A stretch of DNA of 64,000 bases from an uncultured Actinomycetota bacterium (GTDB lineage Bacteria > Actinomycetota > Actinomycetes > Mycobacteriales > Mycobacteriaceae). The position numbers were made by a program, and so were the translations under genes. Positions within the stretch are counted from its first letter, which is position 1. Every line of letters starts with the position of its first letter. Positions 44,405 through 55,152 of this stretch are shown here, one piece after another. A model generated the notes under the pieces. It saw only the letters and a list, made by a program, of their open reading frames with translations. It was not told the DNA's origin and did no database searches. The stretch covers positions 17,304 through 81,303 of the forward strand of contig CAWBAL010000005.1 in assembly GCA_963786695.1 (NCBI GenBank), read 5' to 3'.

Positions 44405-45986
44405 ATGACGGCTCTCAACGATGCGGAGCGTGCGATGCGTCGCGACGCCGACAGCAGTTCAGAGCGCGCCCTCCCCATGCGCTTCGAGCCGGGAGACCTG
44501 CAGCGGAGCAAGTTCTATCCGGCCTGGCTGCCGTCGCGGCGGTTCATCGCCGCAGTGATCGCCATCGGCGGTATGCAGCTGCTGGCCACGATGGACAGCA
44601 CCGTGGCGATCGTGGCGCTGCCGAAGATCCAGGACGAGCTCAGCCTGTCCGACGCCGGCCGCAGCTGGGTCATCACCGCCTACGTGCTGACCTTCGGCGG
44701 TCTGATGCTGCTCGGCGGCCGCCTGGGCGACACGATCGGGCGCAAGCGCACCTTCATCGTCGGCGTCGCACTGTTCACCATCGCCTCGGTGCTGTGCGGT
44801 ATCGCCTGGGACGAAACGCACGCTGGTGATCGCCCGGCTGTTGCAGGGCGTCGGTGCGGCGATCGCCTCGCCGACCGGCCTGGCGCTGATCGCCACCACG
44901 TTCCCCAAGGGCCCGGCGCGCAATGCCGCAACCGCGGTGTTCGCCGCGATGACCGGTGTCGGCTCGGTGATGGGCCTGGTGGTCGGTGGCGCGCTGGTCG
45001 AGGTGTCCTGGCGGCTGGCGTTCCTGGTGAACGTCCCGATCGGCCTGCTGATGATCTACCTGGCCCGCACGACGCTGCGGGAGACCCAGCGCGAGCGGAT
45101 GAAGCTCGACGCGGGCGGCGCGCTGCTGGCGACCGTGGCGTGTACCGCGGCGGTGTTCGGCTTCGCGCAGGCGCCCGGAGAACGGTTGGCGTTCGATGGT
45201 GAGTCTCGCCTCGGGCGCGATCGCCACGCTGGCCTTCATCGCGTTCGTGTTCGTCGAGCGCCGGGCGGTCAACCCGGTGGTTCCGTTCACCCTGTTCAAG
45301 GACCGCAACCGGCTGGCGACCTTCGCCGCGGTGTTCCTGGCCGGCGGCGTGATGTTCACGCTGACCGTGCTGATCGGCCTGTACGTGCAGGACATCATGG
45401 GCTACAGCGCGCTGCGCGCCGGGATCGGCTTCATCCCGTTCGTCATCGCGCTGGGCGTCGGCCTGGGCCTGTCGTCACAGCTGGTGTCGCAGCTTCCCGC
45501 CGCGCCTGCTGGTGATCGCCGGCGGCGTGCTGGTGCTGGGCGCCATGATCTACGGCTCCACCCTCAACGGCGGCATCCCGTACTTCCCGAACCTGGTCAT
45601 CCCGATCACCGTCGGCGGCTATGGGCATCGGCATGATCGTCGTGCCGCTGACCGTCTCGGCCATCGCCGGCGTGGGCTTCGACCAGATCGGCCCGGTGTC
45701 GGCGATCGCGCTGATGCTGCAGAACCTCGGCGGCCCGGTGGTGCTGGCCATCATCCAGGCCGTCATCACCTCGCGGACGCTGTACCTCGGCGGCACCACC
45801 GGCCCGGTGAAGAAGATGAACCCCGCGCAGCTGCACGCCCTGGACCAGGGCTACACCTACGGCCTGCTGTGGGTGGCCGCGGTGGCGGTGATCGTGGGCG
45901 TGGTGGCGCTGTTCATCGGCTACACCTCCGAACAGGTGGCGCACGCGCAGGAAGTCAAGGACGCGATCGACGCCGGAGAGCTGTAG
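44405..45986 (+). CDS. efpA: MFS DHA2 efflux protein EfpA (frameshifts)
   Basis: WLPSRRFIAAVIAIGGMQLLATMDST, GGRLGDTIGRKR, SRTLYLGGTTGPV; ends DAIDAGEL; follows cysG. Confidence 0.92.
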
Positions 45987-45998
45987 AGCTCGAGTCGC

Positions 45999-46047
45999 AT
46001 TTCGGCGCGGTTTCGTGCGGTGTGCGCCTGTAAGCGCGCCGAAATCG
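45999..46047. repeat. Palindromic REP-like element between the efpA paralogs
   Basis: ATTTCGGCGCG ... CGCGCCGAAAT. Confidence 0.65.
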
Positions 46048-46067
46048 CCTGGGTAGGGTAGCTACCC

Positions 46068-47565
46068 ATGTCTGGCGTCAGCGGTTCAGCACCCGCTGCC
46101 AGACCGCTTTCCTCCAGCGTGCTCGGGGTCGCGATCGTCGCGATCACCGGCATGCAGCTGATGTCCACCCTGGACGGCACCATCGTGGTCGTCGCGCTGC
46201 CGCGCATGCAGGCCGAACTGGATCTGTCCGACGCCGGCAAGAGCTGGGTGATCACCGCCTACGTGCTGACCTTCGGCGGCCTGCTGCTGCTCGGCGGGCG
46301 CGTCGGCGACGCGATCGGACACAAGCGGGCCTTCATCTCCGGCGTCGGCGTGTTCACCATCGCCTCGGCCGCCTGCGGACTGGCCACCGACGGGCCGCTG
46401 CTCATCGCCGCTCGCGCGGTACAGGGCATCGGCGCCGCCGTCGCCGCCCCGACCGGGCTGGCGCTGATCGCCACCACCTACGCCGTCGGGCACGCCCGCA
46501 ACCGGGCCATGGCGATCTCGGCGGCCATGCAGGGCATCGGGTCGGTGCTCGGCCTGGTGCTCGGCGGTGCGCTGACCGTCATCTCGTGGCGGCTGGCGTT
46601 CCTGATCAACCTGCCCATCGGCATCCTCATCATCGCGATCGCGCTCACCCGTCTCGAGGAGACCCGCCACGAACGGCTCAAGCTCGACGTCACCGGCGCG
46701 CTGCTGGCCACCCTGGCCTGTACCGCCGGTGTGCTGGTGTTCACCCAGGGCCCGCCGCGCGGCTGGGCCGATCCGTGGGTGATCGGTGCCGGCGCCGCGG
46801 CGGTGGTCTTGCTGGGGTCGTTCCTGGTCGTCGAACGCAACGCCGACCATCCGCTGGTGCCGCTGTCGCTGTTCCGGCGAACGCAACCGGGTGATGACGT
46901 TCACCTCGCTGTTCCTGGCCGGGGGAGTGCTGCTGGCGCTGACGGTGATGATCGGCCTGTACGTGCAGGACGTGCTGGGCTACAGCGCCCTGCGGGCCGG
47001 CATCTGGTTCATCCCGTTCGCGGTCGCCCTGGGACTGGGCAACGTGCTGGCCGCCCGCGCAGCCCCGCACGTCGCTCCGCGCTGGCTGATCATCGGCGGC
47101 GGCATCTTCGTGCTGGGCGCCATGCTGCTACGGCTCGACGCTGACCCGCACCATCCCGTACTTTCCCGACCTCGTCGTGCCGATCGTGGTCGGGCGGGTT
47201 CGGAATCGGCGTCAGCTCGGTGATCCTGCCGCTGTGCGCGGTCGCCGACGTGGGCGCCGCGCGAGATCGGGCCGGTCTCGGCGATCACGTTGATGGTGCA
47301 AAACCTCGGTGGCCCTTTGGTTCTGGTGGTCATCCAGGCGGTGCAGACCTCCCGCACGCTCTACCTCGGCGGCACCACCGGCCCGGTGGCGCAGATGACG
47401 CCCAGCCAGCTCGACGCGCTCGACGCCGGCTACACCTACTCGCTGCTGTGGGTGGCGGCGGTGGCCGTACTGGTCGGCATCAGCGCGTTCTTCATCGGCT
47501 TCTCCGCACGGCAGATCGCCACCGCCCAGCACACCCGCGAAGCGGTCGAGGCCGGCGAACTCTAG
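46068..47565 (+). CDS. Second EfpA-like MFS transporter (tandem paralog; frameshifts)
   Basis: ITGMQLMSTLDGT, WVITAYVLTFGG, SRTLYLGGTTGPV; ends EAVEAGEL. Confidence 0.9.
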
Positions 47566-48956
47566 GCGCGGCGCGCTCGGACCAGCCGATAGCCACCGTA
47601 AACCGCCGCTGCCACAAGGAAATTCACGAAGTACGCCAGATCCGCGCCGTGCAGTGCGGTCGCCACCGGCCCGACGATCAGATTGGTGTGCATGAACGGC
47701 ACCGCCGCGGCGAAAGCGACCAAGAACGTCAGCAGCGCCACGATGGCATCGCGGCGGGGCGTGGTCTCCTCGGCGGGGTTGACCACGTCGCGGCCCGCGC
47801 TGCGGTAGCGCCAGTCGATGGCCACGATCGCGACGAACGCCGGAATCCAGTAGCTGACGAACAACAGCACACCTTGGAAACGGGCCGCCATGTCACCGGA
47901 GTGCAGCCACATGATGAGGGCGAACGCGATGATCACCACCACCACCGCCGACACCGGCCTGCGCACCCGCACGCCGACGGTCTGCAGCGCCAGCGACCCG
48001 CTGTAGTCGTTCATCGCGTTGGAGGCCACCGATCCCAGCGCGATCACCAGCAGCGCCAGCGCGCCCAGCACGCCACCGCCCATGATCTGGCGAACACCGG
48101 CCGCGGTCTGGTCGGTCAGCTCCCCGGCGGCGGCCACGCCGATGGCCTGCACGGCGATGTAGGCCACCGCCAGCCCGGCGAACGTGTACCCGAACACCGC
48201 GGCGCGTGAGGTGTGGACCGGAAGGTAGCGGCTGTAGTCCGAGGCGTAGCTGGCCCAGGAGATCGCCAGGCTCAGCGCGATCGTCACCTCCAGGACGAAG
48301 GCGCCGCCGAGGTCCGCACCGGAGACGGTGGGCAGCGAGATCACCTGATGCCCGCCGATCAGCTTCCAGGCGAACACCGCGAACGTGATGATCAGCACGA
48401 CGGTCATCACCGCTTGCACCCGGTGGATCACCTCGTACCCGAAAACCCCCACCACACCCTGAGCCGCCAGCACGATCACCACGGCCAGCCAGAACGGCAT
48501 GCCGAGCAACTCGGCCAGTGCCTCACCGCCGAACAACCCGACCAGCCCGTCCCACGCGATCGACGACAGCCACTGGATCACCGCCACCACGGCGACTGTG
48601 CCGCCAAAAGCCATGCGCGCGTTGGGAAGTTGAGCGGTGCCGGTGCGCGGACCCCAGGTGGACAGGTACCCGACGGCCAGGCAGCCCAGGACCGTCCCGA
48701 TCACCATCGCGAGCATGCCCAGCCAGAAACCCAGACCCAGCACCACCGCCAGCGCGCCGGTGAACACCACGGTCATGTTGACCTGGGGTGCGAACCACAC
48801 GGTGAACAGTCGCCGTGCATTCCCGTACCGGTTGCCGGCCGGAACGGGGGCGATGCCGTGCGTCTCGACCGCCATGTCACCGGCGTGCGTCGGCATCCGT
48901 CCGGAGTAGGTTTGGCCCGCCAAGGCAGAACCGACGGGCGATGATTCAGCTGTCAC
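47562..48956 (-). CDS. NCS1 purine-cytosine permease family transporter
   Basis: VETHGIAPVP, WGPRTGTAQ, SWASYASDYSRYLP, NAMNDYSGSL. Confidence 0.9.
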   Translation of the reverse strand: MTAESSPVGSALAGQTYSGRMPTHAGDMAVETHGIAPVPAGNRYGNARRLFTVWFAPQVNMTVVFTGALAVVLGLGFWLGMLAMVIGTVLGCLAVGYLSTWGPRTGTAQLPNARMAFGGTVAVVAVIQWLSSIAWDGLVGLFGGEALAELLGMPFWLAVVIVLAAQGVVGVFGYEVIHRVQAVMTVVLIITFAVFAWKLIGGHQVISLPTVSGADLGGAFVLEVTIALSLAISWASYASDYSRYLPVHTSRAAVFGYTFAGLAVAYIAVQAIGVAAAGELTDQTAAGVRQIMGGGVLGALALLVIALGSVASNAMNDYSGSLALQTVGVRVRRPVSAVVVVIIAFALIMWLHSGDMAARFQGVLLFVSYWIPAFVAIVAIDWRYRSAGRDVVNPAEETTPRRDAIVALLTFLVAFAAAVPFMHTNLIVGPVATALHGADLAYFVNFLVAAAVYGGYRLVRARRA

Positions 48957-49002
48957 CCAACCACCCTAGACGCCGGCGAGGGCCAAGCCCCGCCGGAGGA
49001 AG

Positions 49003-49491
49003 ATGATCCGAATGGCCAACAAGCATGTCGCCCTAGAGGCGCCCGAGACGCTGCAGGACCGCTTCCGCGACGCGATCGCGCCACGCACGCTCGCGCTCGG
49101 TCTCGGCGTGCTGCTGTTGCAACTCGGCTTCATCCTGTCCTACCTCGGGGCGTTCCATTCCCCGACGCCGCACCGCATCCCGGTCGAGGTCGTCGCACCC
49201 GCGCAGGCGGCCGGCCAGATCGTCGACAAGCTCAACGGCCTGCCCGGCGAGCCGATCACCGCCACCGCGGCCGGCGGCGCCTACCAGCCCTCGGTGCTGC
49301 CTCCGTTCTGGCGGGCGATCAGCAGCTTCCTGCCCAACGGGGCGGGCACCGAGGCCATCCGGCGCATCGTGTACTTCGACGGCCACGGCATCACACATCC
49401 GGTGGTCGTACTTGTCTGCTGGATCGCCGGCGGTGTGCTGGTGACGCTGCTGGGCGCCGCCGCCCTGCACCGCAAGGTCGCAGAAGCGTGA
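49003..49491 (+). pseudogene. Internally deleted DUF3533/ABC-2-like membrane protein
   Basis: N-terminal LGFILSYLGAFHSPTPHRIPV joined near 49265 to C-terminal AGGAY...LPPFWRAISSFLPNGAG...IVYF; central TMs absent. Confidence 0.6.
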
Positions 49492-50165
49492 CAACGGGCA
49501 ACGGCCGGCCCAGCCGTGCAGAGGTCTCCGAGGCGGTCGACCAGCTGGGTTGGCGACTGATACTGGGAGCGCTGTACGCCGAGGTTTCGGTCACCTCGCT
49601 GACGCAGGCGAGTGAGGTTGCGGCACTTGTTGTCGGCGCAGTCGGTGCCGACGGTGACGGTCACCTCAATGTCGATGTCCGGTCCGACCGCGCCGTGTTG
49701 CGGTTGCAGTCGGCCGTCGACGGCGGGGTGACCGGCGTGGATCTCGCACTGGCGCGCTCGGTGGCGACGGCGCTGGCCGGACGCGGACTGCGGCTGGTCC
49801 CGGGAGCGGTGCAGGCGCTGGAGATCGCGATCGACGCACTCGACATACCCGCCGTCCGCCCGTTCTGGAAAGCGATCACCGGCTATGTCGACGAGCCGCA
49901 ACCGTCCGATCTCAACGAGGGGCTGATCGATCCGGTGGGCCGGGGGCCTGCCATCTGGTTCCAGCAGATGGACGCTCCACGGTCCCAACGCAACCGAATT
50001 CACCTCGATATCGACGTACCCCATGACGTCGCCGCCGGTCGCATCGACGCGGCACTTGCCGCGGGCGGTCGGCTGCTCTCCGATTCGCGGGCGCCGGCCT
50101 TCTGGGTCCTGGCCGACCCGGAGGGCAACGAGGCCTGCATTTGCACCTGGCAGGGCCGCGACTAA
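49488..50165 (+). CDS. Pterin-4a-carbinolamine dehydratase-like plus VOC/glyoxalase-like fusion protein
   Basis: N-domain GW...HLNVDVR...DLALARSV; C-domain EIAIDA...VRPFW...WFQQM...RNRIHLDI...[11 protein letters not shown]. Confidence 0.8.
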   Translation: MTTGNGRPSRAEVSEAVDQLGWRLILGALYAEVSVTSLTQASEVAALVVGAVGADGDGHLNVDVRSDRAVLRLQSAVDGGVTGVDLALARSVATALAGRGLRLVPGAVQALEIAIDALDIPAVRPFWKAITGYVDEPQPSDLNEGLIDPVGRGPAIWFQQMDAPRSQRNRIHLDIDVPHDVAAGRIDAALAAGGRLLSDSRAPAFWVLADPEGNEACICTWQGRD

Positions 50166-50188
50166 CGACATCGCTAGGCTGGCCCACT

Positions 50189-51943
50189 GTGATCACCCGC
50201 ATGTCCGAGCTGTTCTTGCGCACTCTGCGCGACGACCCGGCCGACGCCGAAGTGCCCAGCCACAAACTGCTGATCCGGGCGGGGTACGTCCGCCCGATCG
50301 CGCCCGGCCTCTACAGCTGGCTGCCGCTGGGCCTGCGGGTGCTGCACAAGATCGAGAAGATCGTGCGCGAGGAGATGGTCGCCATCGGCGGCCAGGAGAT
50401 CCTGTTCCCGGCGCTGCTGCCCAAGGCGCCCTATGAGACCACCAACCGCTGGACCGAGTACGGCGACGGGGTGTTCCGCCTGAAGGACCGCCGCGACAAC
50501 GACTACATGCTCGGTCCCACCCACGAGGAGTTCTTCACCCTCACGGTGAAGGGGGAGTACTCGTCGTACAAGGACTTTCCGCTGCTGCTGTTCCAAATCC
50601 AGACCAAGTACCGCGACGAGGCCCGGCCGAGGGCCGGCATCCTGCGCGGGCGCGAGTTCGTGATGAAGGACTCGTACTCCTTCGACATCGACGAGGCCGG
50701 GCTGAAGAACGCCTATCACGCGCACCGCGAGGCCTATCAGCGGATGTTCGACCGGATGTCGGTGCGTTACGTGATCGTCTCGGCGGTGTCCGGCGCCATG
50801 GGCGGCAGCGCGTCCGAGGAGTTCCTGGCCGAAAGCGAGGTCGGCGAGGACACCTTCGTGCGCTGCCTGCAGTCCGGATACGCCGCCAACGTCGAGGCGG
50901 TGACCACCGCTGTGCCCGACCCGCTGCCGTTCGACGGGCTGCCCGAGCCGACCGTGCACGACACCGGGGACACCCCGACCATCGCCACTCTGGTCGAGTG
51001 GGCCAACTCCGCGGGGCTGGGCCGCGAGATCACCGCAGCCGACACCCTGAAGAACGTGTTGCTCAAGGTCCGCCAGCCCGGCGGTGACTGGGAGCTGCTG
51101 GCGATCGGGCTGCCCGGTGACCGCGAAGTCGACGACAAACGGCTTGGCGCCGCGCTCGAGCCGGCCGACTACGCGATGCTCGACGACGCCGACTTCGCCA
51201 GGTACCCGTTCCTGAAGAAGGGGTACATCGGACCGAAAGGCTTGCTGGCCAACGGTGTTCGCTACCTGATCGATCCGCGCGTGGCGGACGGGACGTCGTG
51301 GATCACCGGCGCCGACGAGACCGGCAAGCATGTGGTCGGGCTGGTGGCCGGCCGCGACTTCGTCGCCGACGGAACCATCGAGGCGGCCGAGGTGCGCGAC
51401 GGCGACCCGTCACCCGACGGGGCGGGCCCGCTGGTGTCGGCGCGCGGCATCGAGATCGGCCACATCTTCCAGCTGGGCCGCAAGTACACCGACGCGTTCT
51501 CCGCCGATGTGCTCGGCGAGGACGGCAAGCCGGTGCGGCTGACCATGGGCTCCTACGGCGTCGGGGTGTCGCGGATGGTCGCGGTGATCGCCGAGCAGCA
51601 TCACGACGGGCTCGGCCTGCGCTGGCCGTCGTCGGTGTCGCCGTTCGACGTGCACGTGGTGATCGCCAACAAGGATCCCGAGGCCCGCACCGGCGCCGAG
51701 GAGTTGGCCGCCGACCTCGACCGGCTGGGCCTGGAGGTGCTGCTCGACGACCGCACGGCCTCGCCGGGGGTGAAGTTCAAGGACGCCGAACTGCTCGGCG
51801 TGCCGTGGATCGTGGTGGTCGGCCGCGGCTGGGCCGACGGAGTCGTGGAACTGCGCAACCGGTTCAGCCACGACAGCCGAGAGGTGGCCGCCGCGACGGC
51901 GGTGGCCGAGATCGCCGCCGCGACCACCGAGCCGCAGCCCTAG
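50189..51943 (+). CDS. proS: Proline--tRNA ligase
   Basis: [62 protein letters not shown]. Confidence 0.97.
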   Translation: MITRMSELFLRTLRDDPADAEVPSHKLLIRAGYVRPIAPGLYSWLPLGLRVLHKIEKIVREEMVAIGGQEILFPALLPKAPYETTNRWTEYGDGVFRLKDRRDNDYMLGPTHEEFFTLTVKGEYSSYKDFPLLLFQIQTKYRDEARPRAGILRGREFVMKDSYSFDIDEAGLKNAYHAHREAYQRMFDRMSVRYVIVSAVSGAMGGSASEEFLAESEVGEDTFVRCLQSGYAANVEAVTTAVPDPLPFDGLPEPTVHDTGDTPTIATLVEWANSAGLGREITAADTLKNVLLKVRQPGGDWELLAIGLPGDREVDDKRLGAALEPADYAMLDDADFARYPFLKKGYIGPKGLLANGVRYLIDPRVADGTSWITGADETGKHVVGLVAGRDFVADGTIEAAEVRDGDPSPDGAGPLVSARGIEIGHIFQLGRKYTDAFSADVLGEDGKPVRLTMGSYGVGVSRMVAVIAEQHHDGLGLRWPSSVSPFDVHVVIANKDPEARTGAEELAADLDRLGLEVLLDDRTASPGVKFKDAELLGVPWIVVVGRGWADGVVELRNRFSHDSREVAAATAVAEIAAATTEPQP

Positions 51944-51949
51944 CCTCCG

Positions 51950-52003
51950 GCGAGCAGTCGCATACGCCGATCGCCTGATTCGGCGATGTTGCGCCTGCTG
52001 CGC
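51950..52003. repeat. Palindromic REP-like element between convergent proS and Rv2844-like genes
   Basis: GCGAGCAGTCGCA...CGCCGA / TCGGCG...TGCGCCTGCTGCGC. Confidence 0.6.
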
Positions 52004-52017
52004 GGGCGAGGTGGGCG

Positions 52018-52487
52018 CTACTCGCTGCCGCCGGGGAAGGCAGAAGTCACCGGCCACACGCCGAGCACCTGATTCCACCGGGCGGCCAGCACCGCCGACT
52101 CGGTCAGCGCCGTGACACCGAACGCCCGGTCCTGCTCCGAGCCGGCCTGCTCGATCACCGCGCGCCACGCCACCGCGCAGTCGTTCTCCATCCGAACCGC
52201 CAGCTTCGCCGGCGTCGACCGGGGTGGTGACCGGGAACGGCAACTGGTAGCCGACGGCGGGCAGCGGAGCCTTGGCCGAGCGCTCGGACAGCATCGCGAT
52301 CGCCGCCTCGCGTCGCTCGCGGTGCTCGGCCAGCGCCTGCGGACACCAGGTCGTTCTCGTCCGGTGAGCTGTGCGCCGACACGATCCCGTACCCGTAGAT
52401 CGCGGCGTGCTCGGTGGCGACGGCGTCGAACAAGGCCGCCTTGTCGGCCTCGGCGGGCCGATCCGGGGTCGGCGTCGGCGAGGTCAC
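52018..52487 (-). CDS. Ferritin-like DUF4439 protein (Rv2844-like; frameshifts)
   Basis: EHAAIYGYGIV, AVGYQLPFPV, VRMENDCAVAWRAV, AFPG. Confidence 0.8.
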
Positions 52488-53020
52488 TGGGGCCGGCCCT
52501 TCGACGGCAGCGCCACCGAGTACAGCGTCGTGCAGGACGCCGCGATCGACCCCAGCAGACCGGCGCGATACCCCGACAGGGTCGGTGCCAGCTTGGTGGC
52601 GCTCTCGGCGGAGCTGCGCAGCGTGGCGACGACGTCGTCGACGCTCGGCGGTGGCGCCGGCGGCCGCCGACGTGGTGGTCGGCGAGGCGGACTCGCTCGA
52701 CGTGGGGGTCGGCTTGCGGGCCGCGCGCGCGATCTCCTCGATCAGCGCGGTCGCGTGGCGGCTGCGCTCGGCGGCCACCTCGGTCAGCGCGCGGGCCAGC
52801 GCCGGGCGGCGCGGCCTTGGCGGCCGCGGTGGCCAGATCGCTGTCGTGGCGGGCCAGCTCCAGCTGCTGCTCGAGTGGATCGGGACCGTCGGGCATGTCC
52901 GACCCGCACGCGGTGACCGATCGCGCCGAGTAAGCCCAGCAACATCAGCCCCCGACCGCCGTCGAGGAGGACCCGTCGCCGGGTGAGGGCCGGAACGACA
53001 CCGGGATCTGGGCTCAGCAC
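52484..53020 (-). CDS. Ala-rich exported protein (Rv2843-like; frameshifts)
   Basis: TRRRVL signal, [31 protein letters not shown]; synteny. Confidence 0.7.
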
Positions 53021-53101
53021 GCCAACATCCTGCCATTACGGTGGCCGGGCCTGGCGTATCGTTGGGAGCTGATCAGGACAATTCAAGATGAGGAGCTCGC
53101 C

Positions 53102-53635
53102 GTGACTGGCCGGTCTACGGGATTACCGACCCCCGAGCAGGTGATCGAGCTACTCGATGGTGAGTTCGCGCGCGCCGGTTACGAGATCGAAGACGTCACG
53201 ATCAACTCCAACACCCGGCCGCCGCGCATCACCGTCATCGCAGACGGCGACACCCCCTTGGACCTGGAAACCGTCGCCGAACTGTCCCGCTCCGCCTCGG
53301 CCCTCCTCGACGGGCTGGACACCGGCAACCGGGCTTACGTCCTGGAAGTCACCTCGCCCGGTGTGGACCGGCCGCTGACCGACGAGAAGCACTTCCGCCG
53401 CGCGCACGGCCGGCTGGTCGACGTCGAACTCGCCGACGACGGCACCCTCACGGGCCGGCTCGGGGCGGTGGCCGACGGCGCCGTGCAGCTGGTGGTCCGC
53501 GCTCGCGGCGACTGGTCGGTGCGAGCAATCCCGCTCGCCGACATTCGCAAAGCCGTTGTCCAGGTTGAATTTTCACCGCCGAGCCCGCGAGAGCTGGAGC
53601 TGGCCGGGGTTGCTGGAACGGAGGCCGGAACATGA
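53102..53635 (+). CDS. rimP: Ribosome maturation factor
   Basis: [22 protein letters not shown]; precedes nusA. Confidence 0.93.
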   Translation: MTGRSTGLPTPEQVIELLDGEFARAGYEIEDVTINSNTRPPRITVIADGDTPLDLETVAELSRSASALLDGLDTGNRAYVLEVTSPGVDRPLTDEKHFRRAHGRLVDVELADDGTLTGRLGAVADGAVQLVVRARGDWSVRAIPLADIRKAVVQVEFSPPSPRELELAGVAGTEAGT

Positions 53636-54661
53636 ACATCGACATGGGTGCGCTGCACGCGATCGAGATCGACCGCGGTATCTCGGTCGACGAACTGCTG
53701 GACACCATCAAGTCGGCCCTGTTGACCGCCTACCGGCACACCGAGGGCCACCAGCCCGACGCGCGCATCGAGATCGACCGCAAGAGCGGCGCGGTGCAGG
53801 TGATCGCCAGGGAGACCGACGAGGACGGCAACCTCATCAGCGAGTGGGACGACACCCCCGACGGCTTCGGCCGGGTCGCGGCCACCACCGCCCGCCAGGT
53901 GATGCTGCAGCGGTTCCGCGACGCCGAGAACGAACGCAGCTACGGCGAGTTCTCCGCCCGCGAGGGCGACATCGTCGCCGGGGTCATCCAGCGCGACGCC
54001 CGCGCCAATGCGCGCGGCCTGGTGGTCGTGCGGCTCGGCAGCGAGACCAAGGGCGCCGAAGGCGTCATCCCGGCCGCCGAGCAGGTCCCCGGCGAGCGCT
54101 ACGAGCACGGCGAACGGCTGCGCTGCTACGTCGTCGGGGTCAGCCGCGGCGCCCGCGAGCCGGTGATCACGCTGTCGCGCACCCACCCCAACCTGGTGCG
54201 CAAGCTGTTCTCGCTGGAGGTCCCCGAGATCGCCGACGGCTCGGTGGAGATCGTCGCGGTGGCCCGCGAGGCCGGGCACCGCTCCAAGATCGCGGTGCGC
54301 TCGCGGGTGTCCGGGACTCAACGCCAAGGGCGCGTGCATCGGACCGATGGGGCAGCGGGTCCGCAACGTGATGAGCGAGCTGGCCGGCGAGAAGATCGAC
54401 ATCATCGACTTCGACGAGGATCCGGCCCGTTTCGTCGCCAACGCGCTGTCACCGGCCAAGGTGGTGTCGGTGGCGGTCGTCGATGCCACCGCCCGCGCGG
54501 CCCGCGTCGTGGTGCCCGACTTCCAGCTGTCGCTGGCGATCGGCAAGGAAGGCCAGAACGCCCGGCTGGCGGCCCGGCTGACCGGCTGGCGCATCGACAT
54601 CCGCAGCGACGCGGCGGCGCCGGACGAGGGCGCGCATCCGGGGGCGGCGCACGACGACTAG
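53632..54661 (+). CDS. nusA: Transcription termination/antitermination factor (frameshift near 54313)
   Basis: [66 protein letters not shown]. Confidence 0.96.
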
Positions 54662-54718
54662 GGGACAGACGGCCCAAGGGTGGTTCTGAGCAGTGCCGCG
54701 GTGACGGTAGACTGTGCC

Positions 54719-55039
54719 GTGATCCAGCGCGAGACTCCGGACCCCGATAACCGGCATCGCCGCACCGAAGGACCAGTGCGGACATGTATCGGGTGCCGAA
54801 GGCGAGAGTTGGCCGTCGATCTGCTCCGAGTGGTGGCTGTGTCGAACGGGAACGGTCAATGGGCCGCGACCGTTGACGAGGCAGGTAATCTCCCGGGGCG
54901 GGGTGCCTGGTTGCACCCCGAGGACCGGTGCCTACAGGCAGCGGTTCGGCGGCGAGCTTTTGCGCGAGCGTTGCGCATCACCGGTTCACCGGACACCACC
55001 GCGGTAGACGAGTACCTCTCGCTCCGCCCCGGCCCATGA
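54719..55039 (+). CDS. ylxR: YlxR/DUF448 RNA-binding protein
   Basis: [19 protein letters not shown]...C...RRAFARAL. Confidence 0.9.
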   Translation: MIQRETPDPDNRHRRTEGPVRTCIGCRRRELAVDLLRVVAVSNGNGQWAATVDEAGNLPGRGAWLHPEDRCLQAAVRRRAFARALRITGSPDTTAVDEYLSLRPGP

Positions 55040-55152
55040 GGACAGGTAGCGAAGAACATGAGCACACCGTGAAGTTCCGACGATGACCATGCGTCGTAGC
55101 TAAACCCGAGGCGCGGCCTACCACCGCTGTCGCCTCTTGAGTAGGAGATGTA

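Noticed and set aside
48957-49002. Possible TPP or purine riboswitch upstream of the NCS1 permease
   Set aside because: Spacer is only about 46 nt, lacks the conserved motifs, and has a leaderless TAGGGT promoter
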